Source: Candidatus Amesbacteria bacterium GW2011_GWB1_47_19 (lineage in GTDB: Bacteria > Patescibacteriota > Microgenomatia > CAZETR01 > Amesbacteraceae). Taken from it: DNA of 64,000 bases. Location of the stretch: assembly GCA_001002325.1 (NCBI GenBank), contig LCNZ01000003.1, forward strand, positions 7,484 to 71,483, written 5' to 3'. A model generated the notes under the pieces. The model saw only the letters and a program-made list of their open reading frames with translations, did not search any database and was not told where the DNA came from. Numbering within the stretch: position 1 is the first letter of the stretch; each line of letters begins with the position of its first letter. The position numbers and the translations under genes are program-made. This document shows positions 54,117 through 64,000 of this stretch, piece by piece.

Positions 54117-54431
54117 ATTAACTCACCTCCCATCAATCACATTAAACAAAATCTCCACCCACTGTTACAAACTGTTTAAACATCCCTAACAGGCCTTTTA
54201 ATCCTCCATTTACTACAGGACCTTCCACCGAAATTACCGGAGTTACATTTTCCTCTTTCTGAACAACATCCGCCCCCTTTAAACTGTTACTGTTACCGGG
54301 AGTTACGGTTAGTTTTACTCTTGCAGAAGCCACACATCTATAGAACCACTTTTCCCCAACCCTGTCAATAGCCATTTGAAGCTATTGTACACAATCTGTC
54401 CCCAAAAAGATTAGTAAATATCTTATAATCC

Positions 54432-55508
54432 CTACAGGCCTAAAATATCCGCTAATTGTTTAATCATCAAAACCACATCCACCGCCGCCACCAGACTATA
54501 AGACGCTACATCATTATCATCTTTAACCACCCAAATTTTTTCGTCCACTCTCACTTTCCTGGATTTTAAGTCTTTGGACAACACATACTCGGGGGTAAAT
54601 TCATACTCATCAAAAAGACTGTTTGCTTTTTCCACCGGCACGTGCGTCCTCAAAGTTACCTTGGGTACTCCATGTATGCCCAACACCGACCTGAGAACTT
54701 TCTCATCCGTTTCCAACCGCCCTTTTATTGGTTCCACCCCCAGGTTGTCTCCCTCCTTTGCAATCATCACCGCCCTTTGGCATGAGGGATTATCGCAATG
54801 CATCACAAAGTTACCCGAGTCCGAATCATAATCAATATCCCGGGTGATGTGTAGTCTTATATTTCGGGAAATCTTACACTTCGGGCAAACCACCCTGTAC
54901 TTTATTCGCTCATCTATGACCGACAACGGCGTATCAATCAGTATAAAAACATCCGGGTCATCTCTGAATCTGGCCAAATCCCGGAAAAACAATGAATAGG
55001 AAATTTGATCCAATGTTCTGGGGAAACCATCCACGAATATGGCTTTACCGGGGTGTTTGGCTATTTCTCTCTTCATTAATGCCAGCATAATTTCATCAGG
55101 CACGGACACCCTATCCTGGGAACGACCCAAAATAGCTTTAATCCCTTCATTAACTGAAATGTATCCCCTGTAGTTTTTTTCCAGATAATCCTGTACATCC
55201 TTCCTCCCGGAAGCTGTCTTCAACTCACCATGCACTTCTCTGACAATATCCCCCGCCGAAATAAGGGCTACTTTATCCCACCCGAACACTTCTGCAAACA
55301 TGCCCGCCCGAGTCCCCTTACCTGAAGCTTTTTTTCCCACCAGAAAAGCCATAAACACTCCTGTTTCCAAAAAGTCTTTGAGTTTAGTAATTTCTTTACC
55401 CGTTTTAGCCTCAAAATACTCCCTCCGCGAGTGTAGGTCAGTCAAATCAAACTTTTTCGTCAATCCGGCAACTTTTGTCCCTACTAAGGGAAATTCCAAC
55501 CCTTTCAT
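54432..55508 (-). CDS. adk: adenylate kinase family protein with N- and C-terminal extensions
   Basis: P-loop GKKASGKGTRAG, the GFPRT motif, and a Cys4 zinc LID (CPKCKISRN...CDNPSC). The protein is 358 aa against ~215 for canonical Adk. Confidence 0.6.
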   Translation of the reverse strand: MKGLEFPLVGTKVAGLTKKFDLTDLHSRREYFEAKTGKEITKLKDFLETGVFMAFLVGKKASGKGTRAGMFAEVFGWDKVALISAGDIVREVHGELKTASGRKDVQDYLEKNYRGYISVNEGIKAILGRSQDRVSVPDEIMLALMKREIAKHPGKAIFVDGFPRTLDQISYSLFFRDLARFRDDPDVFILIDTPLSVIDERIKYRVVCPKCKISRNIRLHITRDIDYDSDSGNFVMHCDNPSCQRAVMIAKEGDNLGVEPIKGRLETDEKVLRSVLGIHGVPKVTLRTHVPVEKANSLFDEYEFTPEYVLSKDLKSRKVRVDEKIWVVKDDNDVASYSLVAAVDVVLMIKQLADILGL

Positions 55509-55522
55509 TATTCAGAATTTTA

Positions 55523-56800
55523 CTAAACCTCCAGCAACTTGACCAGTCCCTGTTCTCTCCTCTTATCCACCGGCCCCACCACCGCCAGGTTGATCTTGTC
55601 TTTGGCCAGAATATCCCTGGCAACTTGCCTCACAGATTCACTATCAATCTGCATCAAATTACCAATTAACTGATCATAGGTCAGTATCTCCTCCGGCCGG
55701 TCCAAGGCTTGCTTGGCATAAAAATTCATTTGCGAAATCGGATTTTCCATTGAGAACAGTGTCGGCCCCCGGAGCTTTTCTTTTGTTTGAATTAATTCTG
55801 ACTGAGTCAACTTCACCTCCTTGACTCTGTTCAATTCACCTATTATCGCCATAATCGCTTGTTCCAATTTATCTATACTCAAACCTGCATATACCGACCA
55901 CACCCCGGTATCTTTCCACCTCTCTTCATCTGCTCTCACGGCATAACACAAGCCCCGTTTTTCCCGAAGCTCAATAAACAACCGACTTGATAGACCCTGA
56001 CCCAAATATGCCGTCAAGATAGACAACGCAAACCTCCTGGGATCCTTATATGTCAATCCGGGTACCCCCAACTCCACATGTGCTTGTGCCGCCAGCTTCT
56101 TAAATGTAACTTTCACAACAGGATCTTTCTGTTTCACAACGAATAAATCCGGATCAGCAACCATCTTTAGGGGCATCTCCCCGAACCATTTCTCTATTCG
56201 TAATCTGATCTTGTTGTCTTCCAATTTACCCGCCATAGCCACCACTAAATTCCCGGATACGTATTGCGCTGAGTGGTAACCCACAAAATCCTTCCTGGAT
56301 ACCCGTTTTATTACTTCCGGCTGTCCCAAAATCGTCATCCCCAAAGGTTTTTCCCCAAACATTAATCCTTGTAATTCCTCAGCTGCGATTTCATCCGGCC
56401 TGTCTTCTTTCCGGTTTATTTCCTCCAGTATCACCCCTCTCTCAATTTCCAGATCTTTAGACGGAATCGTCGGCCATAAAGCTAATTCTTTAACCATCTC
56501 CAGCCCTTTTTCCCAATAGTCTGCCGGAATCTTGCACCAGTAGCAAGTCGCATCGATATCAGTCCAGGCATTTTGAATCGCTCCCAATCCCTCAAGATAG
56601 CTTGTATCTTTATGCGTAGGAAATTTCTTTGTCCCCTTAAACACCATGTGTTCCAGGAAGTGGGATATTCCGTTATTATTACTCGTTTCATAACGGCTGC
56701 CTGTCCCAATATATACTCCTACGGCCACACTTTCCACCCCCGTCATCGGCACCAACATCACTCTCACCCCGTTTCGCAGTCTGTAAAAATCAAAACTCAT
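55523..56800 (-). CDS. M16 family zinc peptidase (pitrilysin/insulinase-like)
   Basis: Inverted zinc motif HFLEHMVFKGT (HxxEH) near the N-terminus and ~425 aa size. Confidence 0.8.
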   Translation of the reverse strand: MSFDFYRLRNGVRVMLVPMTGVESVAVGVYIGTGSRYETSNNNGISHFLEHMVFKGTKKFPTHKDTSYLEGLGAIQNAWTDIDATCYWCKIPADYWEKGLEMVKELALWPTIPSKDLEIERGVILEEINRKEDRPDEIAAEELQGLMFGEKPLGMTILGQPEVIKRVSRKDFVGYHSAQYVSGNLVVAMAGKLEDNKIRLRIEKWFGEMPLKMVADPDLFVVKQKDPVVKVTFKKLAAQAHVELGVPGLTYKDPRRFALSILTAYLGQGLSSRLFIELREKRGLCYAVRADEERWKDTGVWSVYAGLSIDKLEQAIMAIIGELNRVKEVKLTQSELIQTKEKLRGPTLFSMENPISQMNFYAKQALDRPEEILTYDQLIGNLMQIDSESVRQVARDILAKDKINLAVVGPVDKRREQGLVKLLEV

Positions 56801-56812
56801 TGGCTGAATTTA

Positions 56813-58459
56813 CTACATCCGGTCAGGAGCTTCAATCCCCAACAAGCTCAACCCATTCTTCAACACCTGACCCGTAGCTGCCGTCAAAAGCAGCCTGAAA
56901 TCGCGTTCCCCTGGACCCTGAGCACCCAGAATTGAACATTTGTTATAAAAACTATTGTATCCCTGGGCTAATTCAAACAAATAATTACATAGCAGATTGG
57001 GTGCGTATCTGCCAGCAGCCTCCTCTACCACCTCGCCAAATCGATAAATCCACCGTATAATTTTCTCCTCTTCCGGGTGTAATTTCAGGCCATTTACACC
57101 GAATTGAGAATTGAGAATTGAGAATTGAGATTTAGCAAGAACACTTTGTGTTCTAGCAAATGTGTACTGCAAATACGGCCCCGAATTCCCCTCCAAATTC
57201 ATTATTTTTTCCCAGTCAAAGACAATATCGCTCTGGATATTATGCATCAGGTCAAAATACTTCACCGCCCCAACCCCCACCGTCTGTGCCTGATCTGTAT
57301 TCCCCAGTTTCCTGGCTCTGTCTATAGCTTCAATAAGTATTCCTTCCAGCTTCACCGTCTGCCCTTCCCTGGTCCGGAATCGTTTACCGTCCATTCCCAG
57401 ATATAACCCGTGTTTTGTGTGGACCAATCGAGCCTGCGTCCTGACATAACCCAAGCGTTGGGCTGCGACAAACAACTGCTGGAAATACAAAGCTTGTTCT
57501 GCTCCCACCTCATAAATTACGATTTCCGGATTCCATTTATCTCCTCTGAATTTTAAGGTCGCCAAATCCCGGGTAGCATATGTCGTTCCTCCATCACTTT
57601 TAACCAGCATCAATGGTATATCCACGCCCTCAATTTCGATCACCCATGCCTCTTCGCTTTTTATGGCTATTCCCATAGTTTTTGCCTCATCTATTACCGC
57701 TGCCATTTTATCCACATAAAAACTCTCCCCGTATGCCTCATCAAATTTTACCTTTAATATTTCGTAAATTCGGTTGAATTCAGCCATGGAGACATCCACA
57801 CATTCCTGCCAAATCCTTCTGGCTTCCGTATCCCCGTCCTCCAGCTTTTTAAACCATTTTCTTCCCTCCTTCTCCAGACCAGGGTCAGCCTCTGCCATTT
57901 TATGAAACTTAACATACAGTTCCTCCAGTTTTTCTACAGTTAATTCGCCCTGTTTCTCCGTGATGATCATGTAAATCAACTTTCCGAACTGGGTTCCCCA
58001 ATCACCCAGATGGTTATCACCGATCACCTTATAACCCAAAAATTTATACAAATTATAGAGCGCCTGGCCTATGATAGTGGATCTCAAGTGTCCCACCCCG
58101 AATTGTCTGGCTATATTAGGCGCAGAATAATCAATTATCACTGTCTTTCCTTGTCCGATAACATCTTTCCCGTAATCCTGTGCCTGAGTTATCACTCTCT
58201 CTAATTCTTTGACAAGATACTCTTTTTGGAGCCATATATTGATAAAACCGGTCCCTGCAACTTCCACTTTAGCAATCACCCCATTCGGTTTGATAAAATC
58301 TGCAATTTTTTGAGCCAAACCCCTTCCCCCCTTTAACTTCAAAGCAATATTAGAAGAGTAATCTCCGTGTTCTTCAGCTTCCGGGTGTTCCAACTCTACC
58401 TCAATCTGCCCGCCAACAGCCTCTGAAATGGCTTTTTTGACTGCATCCCTTATCCACAT
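56813..58459 (-). CDS. argS: arginine--tRNA ligase
   Basis: N-terminal Arg_tRNA_synt_N (HGDYSSNIAL), HIGH-like PNIARQFGVGHLRST, and a C-terminal DALR anticodon-binding domain. Confidence 0.9.
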   Translation of the reverse strand: MWIRDAVKKAISEAVGGQIEVELEHPEAEEHGDYSSNIALKLKGGRGLAQKIADFIKPNGVIAKVEVAGTGFINIWLQKEYLVKELERVITQAQDYGKDVIGQGKTVIIDYSAPNIARQFGVGHLRSTIIGQALYNLYKFLGYKVIGDNHLGDWGTQFGKLIYMIITEKQGELTVEKLEELYVKFHKMAEADPGLEKEGRKWFKKLEDGDTEARRIWQECVDVSMAEFNRIYEILKVKFDEAYGESFYVDKMAAVIDEAKTMGIAIKSEEAWVIEIEGVDIPLMLVKSDGGTTYATRDLATLKFRGDKWNPEIVIYEVGAEQALYFQQLFVAAQRLGYVRTQARLVHTKHGLYLGMDGKRFRTREGQTVKLEGILIEAIDRARKLGNTDQAQTVGVGAVKYFDLMHNIQSDIVFDWEKIMNLEGNSGPYLQYTFARTQSVLAKSQFSILNSQFGVNGLKLHPEEEKIIRWIYRFGEVVEEAAGRYAPNLLCNYLFELAQGYNSFYNKCSILGAQGPGERDFRLLLTAATGQVLKNGLSLLGIEAPDRM

Positions 58460-58472
58460 ACCTCATTTTAAC

Positions 58473-60988
<2,516 letters not shown>

Positions 60989-61010
<22 letters not shown>

Positions 61011-62440
61011 GCACCCGGATTTCGGCGCAGCTCTTCCACTAAACTATTAAGGCTTTGATGTTTAGCCACGATTTCATCAGCACTCTCTCGAAATTGCTGA
61101 TTATTCTGATAGTTCAGGCTCATCTTTACACCATTCAACCCGTCCCACAGCCCGGCCATCATTAGCCCCACCAGGATCGGCTGAATATTAGCTTCGATTA
61201 CACTCAGTTGCGGTTGGTCAAATAAAGCCAGAATCTTCTCTCCGATGGCCAGCACCTGTCGTGAATTCTCTCCCAGTTCTGCCCCGAATTTCAAAAAGCT
61301 TTGGGTTTTTTCGTATGAATTTAAAAGTTCCAATAACACTCGACCTACATCTCTTCCTAATGGTGTCTGGGTTTGGCGGCCGACACGGGTTACGGACACA
61401 AACGGATTTATCGCCGGCCTTCGTCCCCGGTAAAAAAGGTCAGAGTCAAAATAAATATGCCCGTCGGTCATCGACATCAGATTGGTTTGTATATATCCGG
61501 TGATGTCTCCCATAACTGTTTCTACCACCGGCAGACAGGTTATAGACGCCTCCCCCTGACCGACTTTGAAATTACCCGCCCTCTCCAACAGCTTAGAGTG
61601 CACATGGAAAATATCTCCGGGATACGAGTCCCGACCCGGAAACTTCCGGGAAAGTAGTGACAGCTCCCGGTAAAACTGAGCATGTGCAGACATATCATCC
61701 AAAATCACCAGCACGTCCTTCCCCTGATCGCGGAAATGCTCGGCTACGGTCATTGCCGTGTATGGGCACAAAAATATCTGGCCGGCTGATTCATGTGAGG
61801 ATGTGGCTACCAAAACCGTTCTGTCCGCCACCTTATTTTCCTTCAGGAATCCTTCCAGCTTCAATATTTCAGTCTTTTTCTTTCCTATTGCCGCATACAC
61901 GCAGATGTTTCCCCTGTTCGCCTGACAAATCAACGTCTGCATTAACAGCTGGCTTTTCCCAGTTTTTCTGTCCCCCATCACCAGCTCCCTTTGCCCTTTT
62001 CCTATAGGTACCATCTGATCCACTACCGACGCACCCGTCACCAGCCTCCTAGTGATCCGCTGTCTCTGTCCTATCCCTCTGGGTACCACATCCAGTGCCC
62101 TCTTATCCCATCCCTGGGTATCCATTAAAACACCGTCTACCGGTTTACCCAAAACATCAACGGTTTTCCCCAACAGGGCATCTCCTACTTCAATCTTCAT
62201 TTCCTCACCCGTTCTGACAGCTTTGGTACCCGACCTCACGCTCACAACCGACAACACCAACACCTCTACCCCTTCTTCGTTCAAAGCTATCGTCTGACCT
62301 ATTTGACCCGTTTCAAACATCACAGTTTCCCCCAATCTGATTCCCGGTAAACCTTCTATTTCCACTACCTCATGAATAACTTTTCTGGCATACCCCACCT
62401 CGCCGGTCTTTCGCAGCATTGTTTGAAAATCCGTGGTCAT
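60989..62440 (-). CDS. atpA: F-type ATP synthase alpha subunit
   Basis: Walker A GDRKTGKSQL and alpha-type nucleotide-binding and C-terminal domains. Confidence 0.9.
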
Positions 62441-62898
62441 AACTTACTCCAGTCAATTTTTTCAAACTTCTGTCTCTTCGAAAAATCACCGAATTTTCCT
62501 TCATACTCGATCACTGCTCCCGCAATCAGATCTTTATTGATATCAATCTTAAAAATTATACCTGAACCTACATTATCGTATACATAACGGTGTATATCTT
62601 CAATTATACTCAAGGGTAATTCGGTAGCGATAGTTAACCTCATTACTTTATATTTCATTAAAATATATTTTATTTCCCGCAACAACAGATTAATTTTTTC
62701 AATTACCGCAATAATTTTTCTACTATTAATTTCCTGTGTAATAATTTCCGCAAGAGGTGTTTCAATCTTGTTTTTCATCACCATGTCAAAACCGGTATCT
62801 CCCTGCTTATACAAAGCTTCTTCCAGCCAGCCCACTCTTTCCAGCAGATTCTCCCGGTCTTCCTCAGTGATCACCAGCCGTTCCAGATCAGATAACAT
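62437..62898 (-). CDS. atpH: F-type ATP synthase delta (OSCP) subunit
   Basis: Size, position and C-terminal pattern LIAGAVIEYEGKFGDFSKRQKFEKI, typical of delta. Confidence 0.7.
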   Translation of the reverse strand: MLSDLERLVITEEDRENLLERVGWLEEALYKQGDTGFDMVMKNKIETPLAEIITQEINSRKIIAVIEKINLLLREIKYILMKYKVMRLTIATELPLSIIEDIHRYVYDNVGSGIIFKIDINKDLIAGAVIEYEGKFGDFSKRQKFEKIDWSKL

Positions 62899-63478
62899 TA
62901 GCCTTCTTCGCCTCCTCCAGCGCCTGTTTTATTAATTCTCCGTGTTCCTGAGGCGAGATAGCCTTGCCCAGCACCTGAAGGCTCACTTGTTTTACAATTC
63001 CCGGAATCCTTTCTTCGGTCTCCTTCATTTTACCGGCTTTGTAAGCTTCAATTTCCTCTTCCGTATGAGCCATCTCTTCCTCATATCTCCTGGCTGCCGC
63101 TCTTTGTATTCCCACTGTCTCCATCTCCAAGGCCTTTTTAAACTCTTCAGAATCCCTTACAATCTCAACCTCGATATCTTTTGATATAGTATGCAACTTT
63201 TCTTTATACTCTTTCAGTTGTTGGTCGCTTGCCTCCCCTAATCTACTCTCGATTTCTTTTTTATTAATTTCCGCATCAGATGTAATATCCCTTAATATAG
63301 ACATCGCTTTGTCACGGGCATCATCAATTATTCGATCCGCCTTCAGTCTGGCCTTATCTTCTATTCTTTTTTTATTTGCCAGAACATTCCTCAATTCCCG
63401 CACCTTTTTATCATATGCGGTTAATACTACAGCCAATGCTGTTCCCAGTATAAATACGGCTACTAACTCAATATTCAT
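62888..63478 (-). CDS. atpF: F-type ATP synthase subunit b
   Basis: Single N-terminal TM (LVAVFILGTALAVVL) then a long charged helix, as in b subunits. Confidence 0.75.
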   Translation of the reverse strand: MNIELVAVFILGTALAVVLTAYDKKVRELRNVLANKKRIEDKARLKADRIIDDARDKAMSILRDITSDAEINKKEIESRLGEASDQQLKEYKEKLHTISKDIEVEIVRDSEEFKKALEMETVGIQRAAARRYEEEMAHTEEEIEAYKAGKMKETEERIPGIVKQVSLQVLGKAISPQEHGELIKQALEEAKKANVI

Positions 63479-63491
63479 GGGCAGGTTAAAT

Positions 63492-64000
<509 letters not shown>

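Noticed and set aside
57101-57130. Tandem repeat considered as a CRISPR array or minisatellite locus
   Set aside because: Only four 7 nt units with no spacers, embedded in frame within argS. No CRISPR-like repeat-spacer structure exists anywhere in the window.

Overview
This window looks like a small, reduced bacterial chromosome of Candidate Phyla Radiation (Patescibacteria) type. That placement is an inference from gene content (two MreB paralogs, competence genes pilB/comM/dprA, short EF-Ts, no pyrH between tsf and frr). The standard genetic code applies, with TGA used as a stop. The window is gene dense, largely on the minus strand, with a core of housekeeping genes: queA (partial), rseP, frr, tsf, rpsB, a split glutamate formiminotransferase and cyclodeaminase, topA, PBP2, mreB, def, fmt, rpmB, a tRNA cluster (Thr, Tyr, Thr), pilB/gspE, rpmG, tRNA-Trp, secE, nusG, rplK, rplA, rplJ, rplL, a second mreB, tRNA-Arg and tRNA-Pro, an RRM protein, an adenylate-kinase-like gene, an M16 peptidase, argS and an F-type ATP synthase operon (atpC, D, G, A, H, F and a divergent c-like subunit). 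The most notable structure is a cassette-like accessory array inserted directly after tRNA-Trp (about 27.8 to 33.6 kb). At least six same-orientation, palindrome-containing repeats of 40 to 93 nt, which mimic the 3' half of tRNA-Trp, separate short gene cassettes. These carry a HEPN/MNT pair, an AbiEi/AbiEii pair, a GrpB-like nucleotidyltransferase, an HhH-like protein and small ORFs. No integrase is visible. The ancestral rpmG, tRNA-Trp, secE, nusG, rplKAJL block is interrupted three times. Other points of interest: an ATP synthase c-like subunit with no helix-2 carboxylate, an RRM gene whose RNP2 motif is reachable only from a non-AUG start, rplA with a ~90 aa N-terminal extension, decayed ABC transporter genes, and AT-rich low-complexity in-frame insertions in def and two other genes.
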